Positions 29,730-37,340 of a DNA stretch of 60,875 nucleotides are shown here, piece by piece. Position numbers and translations under genes: made by a program. The notes beneath the pieces were generated by a model, which was not told the origin of the DNA, made no database searches, and saw only the letters and a program-made list of their open reading frames with translations. This stretch comes from Chloroflexota bacterium (GTDB taxonomy: Bacteria > Chloroflexota > Limnocylindria > Limnocylindrales > CSP1-4), in contig JADDQH010000006.1 of assembly GCA_016781485.1 (NCBI GenBank), positions 1 to 60,875 on the forward strand, read 5' to 3'. How positions within the stretch are numbered: position 1 is the first letter of the stretch; each line of letters begins with the position of its first letter.

Positions 29730-30149
29730 TCACTCGATCGCCGCCGGCGCGGCTTCGCTCTCCGACTCGTCGATCAGCTCCGCGTCCGCCTCCGGCTCCT
29801 CTTCCTGAGGCGGCGCGACGTCGGCCTCAGCCTCGGGGGCGGCCGCACGCCGGACTGCAGCGGGGCGCTCGACGCGGGTGACGAGGTGCCGCATCACTTC
29901 CTCGGTGATGTTCAGGCCGCGCTCCAGCTCCGCGACGACTTCAGCCGGCGCGTCGAATACCAGGATGTAGTAGGAGCCGTCACGGTAGCTCGCGATGGGG
30001 TATGCGAGGCGACGCCTGCCCCAGGGGCTGACCTTGATGATCTGCCCGCCGCCCGTCGTGATGGTACGGGTCGAGCGATCGAGCGTGGCCTGGACGCGAT
30101 CATCAGGGACGTCCGGGCGCAGCACGAGCATGAGCTCATAGCGACGCAT
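29730..30149 (-). CDS. rpsF: 30S ribosomal protein S6
   Basis: MRRYELMLVLRPD, WGRRRLAYPI, G.Y, LN.ITEEVMRHL. Confidence 0.96.
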   Translation of the reverse strand: MRRYELMLVLRPDVPDDRVQATLDRSTRTITTGGGQIIKVSPWGRRRLAYPIASYRDGSYYILVFDAPAEVVAELERGLNITEEVMRHLVTRVERPAAVRRAAAPEAEADVAPPQEEEPEADAELIDESESEAAPAAIE

Positions 30150-30232
30150 GATGAGAAGACTCCTTCCCTTGGGATGTGTCCCGCTCGGGCGCGAAGCCGG
30201 CCGTCGGAACTGAAAGGAACGCGGCGAGTATA
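30150..30232 (-). promoter_or_regulatory. rpsF promoter (-10 TATACT at 30232-30227) and structured 5' leader, candidate S6:S18 leader
   Basis: Leader UUCCUUUC can pair with GGAAGGAG, which contains the SD, and encloses a GUUCCG/CGGGAC stem. Confidence 0.5.
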
Positions 30233-30250
30233 GCGGGGCGCGTTCTGCTG

Positions 30251-31858
30251 TTACTGCTGCGTCTGCGTCTCCGGGCAGGGCTCGGTGACGAAGGCCTCGT
30301 ACGACGTCTCGTGCAGCACCGCGCGTACGGCGTCGATTCGGCCGTTGCCGAAACAGTAGTCGTAGCCCTTCGTCTCGGTCTGCTCCGCACCGATCAGGTC
30401 GATCGTCGTCGACTGCAGGTAGTCCTCCACCTGCTGCGGCCGCATGACGACGTCAGTTTCGCCCGCATCCGTTCCGATACGCCCGTACTGGCTGACGATC
30501 AGGGCGGCCACGCCCGCGGCATGTGGCGATGCCATCGAGGTGCCCTGGATGCAGCCCCAGACGTTGCCCGGGATCGTCGAGAGGACCTGGTTGCCGCAGG
30601 GGCCCGGCGTCTCGCCCCGGCGGTTCCGCGAGTTCCCGCCGGGTGCCGCGACGTCCGTCATCCCGAAGCCGTAATTGGAGTAGTACGCCTTCTCGCTGCT
30701 CGGCCCGAGCGACATCGTCCCGATGACGCCCTCGGTCTCCGCCGGCACCACCTCGCACTCGTTCTCGTACGGCTCCGGCGGGTGGGCCAGGTCGTAGTCC
30801 GAGTTCCCCAGCGCGGCGACAGGGACGACCCCCTGGTTCCGCGCGTACTGGATCGCGCGCTCGTTCGCCTTCCGGAACGCCCGTTGGACCGGGTCGGTCA
30901 TGCACTTGAGCTCCGTGGACGAAAGGAACGTGTCATCGTCCACGAAATAGCTCATGTTGATGACTTCGAACTTCGCATCGCCGGCGTAGGTGATCCCTGC
31001 GACCGAGGCACTCGAGTAGCAGTAGCCGATGGTGTCGCAGACCTTGACGGGGATGAGCGTGACGTTCGGCGCCACTCCGACGACCCCGTGGTGGTTGGCG
31101 CGCGCCGCCACGATCCCTGCGACATGGGTCCCGTGGAACCCGTTGTCGGTGCACGGATCCGGGTTCCCCACGCCGGGGCCGGCGGGGACGAAGTCGCGTC
31201 CGTTCGCGCAGTCGACGTTCGTTCCGTCGGTGTCGAAGACGAAGTCGAGATGCCTACCGTCGATACCCGTGTCGAGGATCCCGACCTGCACCGCACGAGA
31301 TCCCGCCTGCGTCGTGTGCGCCTGGGGTGCCCTGATCAGCTCCATGCTCCACTGCAGCCCTTCGAGCGGGTCTGCATGCGGCTCGGGTCCACCCGGAGGA
31401 CAGTCGGGGTCATCCGCATCGCACGGCGGGTGATCCTCGGCGATCACGGTCAGCTCCCCGCTGTCGATCGCCTCCTGGTAGCTCGGCAGGGCCTTCCAGA
31501 CGAAGTCCTCCGCGACCTCCTCCACCAGCCCGTACGTACGCAGGACTTCGGCGAACGTCGCGACATTCGAGTCGACGATCATCACGCCGATCTGCTTCGA
31601 TAGGTCGAGGCTGACCTCGCCGCCCGCGACCTTGACGATCGAGACCGCGTATTCGTGGTTCAGCGCGTAGTCGCCGCCCAGGGCGTAGCTCCCGTCCACG
31701 GCGTATGTACCCTCGAACACCACGATGTACCGCTTCGTTTCGCCTGTCTCGGCGCTGACGACGGTGGGCAGGACGAGGGCGCTCGCCAGGAGGGCTCCAG
31801 CGAAGGTGGCAAGGACACGCCGCGCGCGCCTCCGAGGTGATGTCGCAGAAGTGGACAA
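30251..31858 (-). CDS. Secreted S8 (subtilisin-like) serine peptidase with signal peptide and propeptide
   Basis: Catalytic motifs ILDTG, HGTHVAG and GTSMASP, oxyanion LGNS, DVAAPGG; basic plus hydrophobic signal ending VSA; TTG start after AGGAGG. Confidence 0.92.
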   Translation of the reverse strand: MSTSATSPRRRARRVLATFAGALLASALVLPTVVSAETGETKRYIVVFEGTYAVDGSYALGGDYALNHEYAVSIVKVAGGEVSLDLSKQIGVMIVDSNVATFAEVLRTYGLVEEVAEDFVWKALPSYQEAIDSGELTVIAEDHPPCDADDPDCPPGGPEPHADPLEGLQWSMELIRAPQAHTTQAGSRAVQVGILDTGIDGRHLDFVFDTDGTNVDCANGRDFVPAGPGVGNPDPCTDNGFHGTHVAGIVAARANHHGVVGVAPNVTLIPVKVCDTIGYCYSSASVAGITYAGDAKFEVINMSYFVDDDTFLSSTELKCMTDPVQRAFRKANERAIQYARNQGVVPVAALGNSDYDLAHPPEPYENECEVVPAETEGVIGTMSLGPSSEKAYYSNYGFGMTDVAAPGGNSRNRRGETPGPCGNQVLSTIPGNVWGCIQGTSMASPHAAGVAALIVSQYGRIGTDAGETDVVMRPQQVEDYLQSTTIDLIGAEQTETKGYDYCFGNGRIDAVRAVLHETSYEAFVTEPCPETQTQQ

Positions 31859-31903
31859 CTCGGCCTCCTAAGACGTCTAGGTCCGACAGCGGGTGCCGGT
31901 GCG

Positions 31904-31933
31904 ACGCTAGGGCACCACTCCACCGGGTGTCAA
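31904..31933 (-). promoter_or_regulatory. Sigma70-type promoter for the S8 peptidase: TTGACA-N18-TAGCGT with an AT-rich upstream element
   Basis: Perfect -35 at 31933-31928, -10 at 31909-31904, and ACTAGTACTTTTTCATGA upstream. Confidence 0.65.
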
Positions 31934-32114
31934 TCCCTCATGAAAAAGTACTAGTGCAGTCTGGCGTAGCGCGGAGGCCAGATGACGAAGGTGCGGAACC
32001 ATCAGGGCACGTGATCGTTCGGCGCGAGCGCTCTCCGTCGGAGGTGTGGGAGGCGCGGACGTGTCACCGTGGTCGGCGTCCACCGCGCCGGCTGCACAGG
32101 GCCGGACAGGGCGT

Positions 32115-32201
32115 TGGTGCCGAAGCAGGGGTTCGAACCCTGACGCCCTTGCGGGCAGCGGAGTTTAAGTCCGCCGCGTCTGCCAGTTCCGCCACTTCGG
32201 C
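32115..32201 (-). tRNA. tRNA-Leu(TAA)
   Basis: GCCGAAG acceptor stem, anticodon stem GCGGA-CTTAAAC-TCCGC, long variable arm, TTCGAAC, encoded CCA; TAGACT -10 at 32241-32236. Confidence 0.95.
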
Positions 32202-32361
32202 CGCGGGCGTCGCACACGCGGGCGCCCCCGTGGTCAGTCTACGGCGCTCCACTCTGCGCGCGACGCGCCCTCACGGGCGGCGTTGGTACCATGCCCGCGG
32301 CGCGAGCATCCGCGCGCGGCATCCCGCGTCTCTCGGACGCCCTTCTATCCGAGGTGATCCT

Positions 32362-33054
32362 GTGAACCATCGCACCCTTCTCATCGCCATCGCAGCGTCT
32401 GGTGCGTTGCTCCTGAGCGCGTGTGCCGCTACGCCTACGGGCACGACCGGCGGCAGTCCGGCTGGCGGCGCCACGACGTCACCTGCAGCCGCGACCGCCG
32501 CCGACACTCCGGTCACGAGCCCGACCGAGGCCGCGACGGCGGCTGACACTGCGGCCCCGACCGCTGCGGATACCGGCGCGGCCCCCTCCGGCACGGCGGC
32601 CCTCCCCTCGTTGAACCCTCACGGGGCCCCCGAGCTCGAAGCGCAGTTGCCCGACCAGATCGGCGGTTCGCCCTTGACGAAGGAAAGCTATGCGGGCGCG
32701 GAGCTGGCTGCGCAGCCCAGCGCGGCCTCCTTCCTCGCGGTCCTCACCGAGGTCGGTGCCGAGCCCACCGCGGCGAGTTTCGCGTACGGGACTACCCAGA
32801 ACCGGGACGCGGTCGGCGCCCTCCGAGTCATCGGCGCGGATCCCGAGCAGCTCGTCCAGTCGTTCGTGAGGAACACCCAGCAGCAGGGTGCGGCGGTCGG
32901 CCAGGCGACCATCAACGGCAAGCAGGTGACGACCGTCAGCGACGTCCTGGGCTTCGAGGGTCAGGAATACGTCTACACGACCGGCGACACCCTGTTCTTC
33001 GTCATCGCCGCTGATCGAGCGCTGGCCGCCGAGGCACTCAACGCGTTGCCGTAA
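32362..33054 (+). CDS. Lipoprotein with Thr/Ala/Pro-rich linker and unknown C-terminal domain
   Basis: GAGGTG SD, GTG start, lipobox LLSA-C, TAADT repeats; TGgTACCAT extended -10 at 32284-32292. Confidence 0.8.
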   Translation: MNHRTLLIAIAASGALLLSACAATPTGTTGGSPAGGATTSPAAATAADTPVTSPTEAATAADTAAPTAADTGAAPSGTAALPSLNPHGAPELEAQLPDQIGGSPLTKESYAGAELAAQPSAASFLAVLTEVGAEPTAASFAYGTTQNRDAVGALRVIGADPEQLVQSFVRNTQQQGAAVGQATINGKQVTTVSDVLGFEGQEYVYTTGDTLFFVIAADRALAAEALNALP

Positions 33055-33196
33055 GGCCGCGCGCGAAACCGGACCGGGAGTGTCGGGGGCACATCAGCGT
33101 CAACCCCGACACGTACGAACTCGTCTGGGTCGGCGGGCGCGGATCCGCCTGGAGTGGCGGCGCGAGCGGGGATCCGAGTGATCCGTGCGGGGAAAG

Positions 33197-33272
33197 TGGA
33201 GGCGACGACCGGATTCGAACCGGTGAATAGAGGTTTTGCAGACCTCCCCCTTAACCACTTGGGTACGTCGCC
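33197..33272 (-). tRNA. tRNA-Cys(GCA)
   Basis: GGCGACG acceptor stem, GAGGT-CTGCAAA-ACCTC, TTCGAAT, U73, CCA. Confidence 0.96.
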
Positions 33273-33309
33273 TCGACGCGAGCCGGCAGGGGTCCGGCTC
33301 AACAGAGCT

Positions 33310-33383
33310 TGGCTGGCCCTCGAGGATTCGAACCTCGGTTCACGGATCCAAAGTCCGCTGTCCTACCACTAGACGAAGGGCCA
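33310..33383 (-). tRNA. tRNA-Gln(TTG)
   Basis: TGGCCCT acceptor stem, GCGGA-CTTTGGA-TCCGT, TTCGAAT, CCA. Confidence 0.95.
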
Positions 33384-33450
33384 GCGGGGGGGTCGACTCG
33401 GACGTGCTCCGCCGGTTCGCGGCGACCGGCGGCGGGCCGGATGGGAGAAG

Positions 33451-33526
33451 TGGAGCGGAAGACGGGACTCGAACCCGCGACCCTCACCTTGGCAAGGTGA
33501 TGCTCTACCAACTGAGCCACTTCCGC
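33451..33526 (-). tRNA. tRNA-Gly(GCC)
   Basis: GCGGAAG acceptor stem, TCACC-TTGCCAA-GGTGA, TTCGAGT, CCA. Confidence 0.96.
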
Positions 33527-33560
33527 TCGTCATGCCTGCCGTCCCGGTCAGCCTCGAGGC

Positions 33561-33636
33561 TGGTGCCGAGAGCCAGATTCGAACTGGCGACACCGTGATT
33601 TTCAGTCACGTGCTCTACCAACTGAGCTATCTCGGC
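33561..33636 (-). tRNA. tRNA-Phe(GAA)
   Basis: GCCGAGA acceptor stem, CGTGA-CTGAAAA-TCACG, TTCGAAT, CCA. Confidence 0.96.
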
Positions 33637-33655
33637 GTCGGATCGGCCGACGACT

Positions 33656-33684
33656 ATTGAACCGCACGCGTGTCGGGGCGTCAA
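33656..33684 (-). promoter_or_regulatory. Promoter of the Phe-Gly-Gln-Cys tRNA operon: TTGACG-N17-TTCAAT
   Basis: -35 at 33684-33679 and -10 at 33661-33656, about 20 nt upstream of tRNA-Phe. Confidence 0.6.
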
Positions 33685-33747
33685 ACTCCCTCGCGTCGGC
33701 CTCGATCGCGCCCCCGTGTCATCGCCGCCGATCATGCTTAGCGCCCT

Positions 33748-34080
33748 TCACCCGTCCCGGCGATGGTGGTCGAGGATGAAGGCGACCGGATCGGGTGCGT
33801 CGCGAGGGATGTCACGCCACCGCCCGAGGTTTTCACCTGCCTCGAAGGCCGCCTGACCCTTGGCTTCCTCGACGCTCGCGTGTGACGTCTCGCCGCCGAA
33901 CTCCCCGTCGCGGGTGTACCGCGTGAGCCGCACGCGCGACGACTCCTCGGCCGTCTCCTCGATGAGCATCAGGTCCGGCCATGGGATGCCCTTGTGTGGC
34001 TTCGCGGACGATCCCGTCACTCTCGCCCAGACCCGGACGCCCACGCTCATCCTCCATCGAGACCGAACCACCACTCCCAC
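33748..34080 (-). CDS. Small hypothetical protein (100-110 aa) inside the tRNA cluster
   Basis: Protein-like composition (LMLIEE...LTRYTRDGEFGGETSH.SVEEAKGQAAFE...W); start is 34080 (GTG) or 34050 (ATG). Confidence 0.7.
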   Translation of the reverse strand: MGVVVRSRWRMSVGVRVWARVTGSSAKPHKGIPWPDLMLIEETAEESSRVRLTRYTRDGEFGGETSHASVEEAKGQAAFEAGENLGRWRDIPRDAPDPVAFILDHHRRDG

Positions 34081-34147
34081 CGGATCGGAGTCGGACGAGG
34101 ATACGGGACCACACGGCCCTCCCAGGAGTCGCTCCGCGCTCGAAGCG

Positions 34148-34224
34148 TGGTGGGCGGTAGAGGACTCGAACCTCTGACTTCCTCGGTGTAAACGAGGCGC
34201 TCTAACCGACTGAGCTAACCGCCC
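34148..34224 (-). tRNA. tRNA-Val(TAC)
   Basis: GGGCGGT acceptor stem, CCTCG-TTTACAC-CGAGG, TTCGAGT, CCA. Confidence 0.96.
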
Positions 34225-34280
34225 TGGGAACGCGTCGCTCGCAGCTCGAGCGGCCGCGGCCGGTGGTCAGAGGGAGGGAG

Positions 34281-34365
34281 TGGTGCCCAGGCCGGGACTT
34301 GAACCCGGATGACTTGCGTCATACGCCCCTCAAACGTACGCGTATACCAATTCCGCCACCTGGGC
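34281..34365 (-). tRNA. tRNA-Leu(GAG)
   Basis: GCCCAGG acceptor stem, TACGT-TTGAGGG-GCGTA, variable arm, TTCAAGT, CCA. Confidence 0.95.
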
Positions 34366-34390
34366 AGGGGCCGTGGCCGTCCAGCTGTGC

Positions 34391-34477
34391 TGGTACCGAG
34401 GGAGGGACTTGAACCCACACGACCTTGCGGTCACTAGGTCCTGAACCTAGCGCGTCTGCCTATTCCGCCACCTCGGC
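34391..34477 (-). tRNA. tRNA-Leu(CAG)
   Basis: GCCGAGG acceptor stem, CTAGG-TTCAGGA-CCTAG, variable arm, TTCAAGT, CCA. Confidence 0.95.
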
Positions 34478-34527
34478 GCGGCGTCCGACGGTCCGAGCGA
34501 CCATGTCCCGTCCGCCGGCGGCCGGAA

Positions 34528-34536
34528 ATGGTAGCA
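34528..34536 (-). promoter_or_regulatory. Extended -10 (TGcTACCAT) for the Leu-Leu-Val tRNA operon
   Basis: Located about 50 nt upstream of tRNA-Leu(CAG). Confidence 0.55.
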
Positions 34537-34570
34537 CAGCGACCCCCGGTCCCGGCCGACGGGGCTTGCT

Positions 34571-34804
34571 CTAGCCCGCTCGGTCGAGGCTCAGGAGATA
34601 GGCCGCGAGGGAGAAGATGACGAACAGGATCGCGAGCAGGATCGTGAACTGGAAGAGGCGCTTCTCGACGCCGCGTCGGCTGCGATAGACGGAGGAGTCA
34701 CCACCGAACGTCGACCCGAGACCAGCGCCGCGCGCCTGCAGGAGGATGGCCGCGACGAGTCCGATGCTGACGAGGACGTGGCCGAAGGCGAGGAGAGGAT
34801 CCAC
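34571..34804 (-). CDS. secG: Preprotein translocase subunit SecG
   Basis: ILLQARGAGLG..FGG......RRGVEK.L...T; two TM helices; upstream of tRNA-Leu; TGgTATCCT 7 nt before the GTG. Confidence 0.92.
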   Translation of the reverse strand: MDPLLAFGHVLVSIGLVAAILLQARGAGLGSTFGGDSSVYRSRRGVEKRLFQFTILLAILFVIFSLAAYLLSLDRAG

Positions 34805-34825
34805 GGCGGGCAGGATACCAGCGGC

Positions 34826-36412
34826 TCAGGGATGGAGCAGCGAGCTCCCCGTCATCCCGGGGAGCGGCTCGTGACCCAGGAGCTCCAGGAGCGTCGGCGC
34901 AACGTCCGCAAGCACGCCGTCTCGAAGCGAGCGGCCCGCCACGCCTGCGCCCGCCAGGACGACGGGCACGGGATTCAGCGAGTGAGCGGTGACCGGCGCG
35001 CCATCGGCGTCACGCATCTCATCGGCATTCCCGTGGTCCGCGGTGACGCACAGCACGGCGCCCCGCCCGTCGACCACCCCGACCTCACGGTCACGCTCGA
35101 AGAACGCCTCCATCACGTCGCCGAGGCACGAATCGACGTGCTCGAGGGCGCTCACGGTCGCGTCCCAGTTCCCGGTATGCCCGACCATGTCGGGATTGGC
35201 GTAGTTCGCGACGATGAACTCGTACTCGCCGGACCTGATCGCCTGGACCAGCGCCCGCGTCACCGCGCGCGCGCTCATCTCGGGTCGTAGGTCGTAGGTC
35301 GCGACCTGAGGGCTCGGGACCAGGAGCCTCGCCTCGCCCGGCCACGCCTCCTCGACGCCGCCGTTCAGGAAGTAGGTCACGTGGGCGTACTTTTCCGTCT
35401 CGGCGACGTGGAACTGGCGCCACCCGAGACTGGAGAAGTGCTCCGCGAGGCTCAGGACCCTCAGCGGCGGGAATGCGACGGCGACCGGCAGCCCCGCCTC
35501 GTACTCGGTCAGCGTAACGACCGCGAGATCTCGGGGTCTCTCGCCCCGCTCGAAGCCCACGAAATCGTCGCCGTCCACGAGCGCGTGGACCAGCTGCCGC
35601 GCGCGATCCGCTCGGAAGTTGAAGTGGATGACGACGTCACGTTCGCGGACCCGCCCGTCGACACCGGCGACGAGGGTCGGCTGGACGAACTCGTCGTTCT
35701 CGCCTCGCTCGTACCCGAGCAGCACCGCCGCAAGCGGGTCGGGGGCGGTGACCGCGGCCGTCGCGTGGACGATGGCGTCGTAGGCCGCCTTGGTCCGCTC
35801 CCACCGGCGATCGCGATCCATCCCGTAGTACCGACCGCCGACCGTCGCGACGCGTGCATCGGGATGCGCGGCTGCAAGGCGAGCGACGAAGTCCGGTAGG
35901 AAGGCATCTACGGACCGAGGCGGGGTGTCGCGCCCGTCGAGGAACGCGTGGACGACAAGGTCGAGCGCGCCGTGCCGGGCGGCGAGCTCGGCGATGGCCA
36001 CGGCGTGGCGGTCGACGGAGTGAACGCCTCCTGGCCCGACCAGTCCGATGAGGTGGACCCGCCGGCCGTCCACGGCCGCCCTATGGAGGGCGGCGATGAG
36101 CGGCGCATTCTCGGCGAACGACCCGTCGGCGATCGCGGCGTCGATCCGTGGCAGATCCTGGAGGACCGGCCGGCCCGCACCGAGGTTGAGGTGACCGACC
36201 TCGCTATTGCCCATCTGACCCGGTGGAAGCCCCACGGCCTCCTCGGATGCCCCGACCCGTGATGCCGGCCACGACTCGACCAGGCGGCGCCAGTTGGGCA
36301 TCCGTGCCGCCGCGATGGCATCCGGGTGGGGGTCGCGCCCGATCCCGAACCCGTCGAGCACCACGAGCACGAGCGGTCGCGCAGGCGGGATCGCCACGAG
36401 GGACGGCTCCAC
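34826..36412 (-). CDS. gpmI: 2,3-bisphosphoglycerate-independent phosphoglycerate mutase
   Basis: VLDGFG, GQMGNSEVGH, GGVHS, LDGRDT.P, GRYY.MDRD.RW, FNFRADRARQ, AETEKYAHVTYF, NPDMVGHTG, TADHGN. Confidence 0.97.
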   Translation of the reverse strand: MEPSLVAIPPARPLVLVVLDGFGIGRDPHPDAIAAARMPNWRRLVESWPASRVGASEEAVGLPPGQMGNSEVGHLNLGAGRPVLQDLPRIDAAIADGSFAENAPLIAALHRAAVDGRRVHLIGLVGPGGVHSVDRHAVAIAELAARHGALDLVVHAFLDGRDTPPRSVDAFLPDFVARLAAAHPDARVATVGGRYYGMDRDRRWERTKAAYDAIVHATAAVTAPDPLAAVLLGYERGENDEFVQPTLVAGVDGRVRERDVVIHFNFRADRARQLVHALVDGDDFVGFERGERPRDLAVVTLTEYEAGLPVAVAFPPLRVLSLAEHFSSLGWRQFHVAETEKYAHVTYFLNGGVEEAWPGEARLLVPSPQVATYDLRPEMSARAVTRALVQAIRSGEYEFIVANYANPDMVGHTGNWDATVSALEHVDSCLGDVMEAFFERDREVGVVDGRGAVLCVTADHGNADEMRDADGAPVTAHSLNPVPVVLAGAGVAGRSLRDGVLADVAPTLLELLGHEPLPGMTGSSLLHP

Positions 36413-36444
36413 CTGCGCTTGGGGATCGTCCAGCGCGCGGGTCG

Positions 36445-37332
36445 TCAGGAGAGCGTTCCAGCGCCTCGGCGTGCGCGCGCCGTCATCCCCGCCCGGGCCA
36501 CGATCCCCGCCATCTCGTCGACCCGGAGGCTTGCGCCACCGACGAGCGCTCCGTCGATCCCCGGTTCGACGAGGAACTCTCCGATCGTGGCGCTGGTCAC
36601 GCTTCCGCCGTAGAGCACGGCCACTTCGTCGGGGGAGCGGCTCCAGCCATGCTCCCCGACGACCCGCCTGATCGCGTCCGCCATCGCTGCCGCGTCACTA
36701 CCACGCGCCGTCCGGCCGGTGCCGATCGCCCAGACCGGCTCGTACGCCACGACGAGCCAGGCGCCTCTGCGGGTGCTCTCGTCGACCGGTCGCTCGCTCG
36801 GGCGCGGGACGGGCGGGTCGAGGGCGGCTGACCCGCGGCGGCCCTCGCCAGGCGCAAGGGGGTCGATCCCGGAGAGGACCGCGAACGCGCCCTCCAGTTG
36901 AGCACGGACCGTCTCCTCGGCCCTGCCGGCCTCTCGATCCGCGAGTTGCTCGCCGACGCACAGGATCGGCCGCAGCGCGTGCTCCCGGCAGCGGAGCAGC
37001 TTCCGTCCGATCAGCTCGTCGGACTCACACTGGTCTCGTCGGCGCTCCGAGTGCCCCACGATGCACCAACTCGCGAGCCCCTCGAGCATCTCGCCCGACA
37101 CTTCCCCGGTGAAGGCGCCGCGGCGCTCCGAGTGGACGTTCTGCGCTCCCACCGCTACTCCCGTCCCCGCGAGCGCGTCGGCGACGGATCGCAGTGCGAC
37201 GAATGGCGGACAAACGACGCGGACGACCTGTGACTCCTCGCGTGTCGCCTCGGCCGTCTGGGCGGCGAGAAGCGGTGCGTCGGAGGGCCTCGTGTTCATC
37301 TTCCAGTTCCCGGCGACGATGACGGGGCGCAC
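36445..37332 (-). CDS. tpiA: Triosephosphate isomerase with an internal insertion
   Basis: AGNWKMN, GAQN, GAFTGEVS, IVGHSERR, LCVGE, AYEPVWAIGTG, LYGGSV, DGALVGGASL. Confidence 0.96.
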   Translation of the reverse strand: MRPVIVAGNWKMNTRPSDAPLLAAQTAEATREESQVVRVVCPPFVALRSVADALAGTGVAVGAQNVHSERRGAFTGEVSGEMLEGLASWCIVGHSERRRDQCESDELIGRKLLRCREHALRPILCVGEQLADREAGRAEETVRAQLEGAFAVLSGIDPLAPGEGRRGSAALDPPVPRPSERPVDESTRRGAWLVVAYEPVWAIGTGRTARGSDAAAMADAIRRVVGEHGWSRSPDEVAVLYGGSVTSATIGEFLVEPGIDGALVGGASLRVDEMAGIVARAGMTARARRGAGTLS

Positions 37333-37340
37333 GGGCGTGA

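Noticed and set aside
31959-32114. ncRNA or riboswitch between the S8 promoter and tRNA-Leu(TAA)
   Set aside because: I found only a weak TCTGGC/GCCAGA inverted repeat and no recognisable aptamer, and it lies upstream of the predicted promoter.
30251-34477. Integrative element or prophage at the tRNA cluster
   Set aside because: I saw no integrase, transposase, phage gene, duplicated tRNA 3' end or obvious compositional shift.
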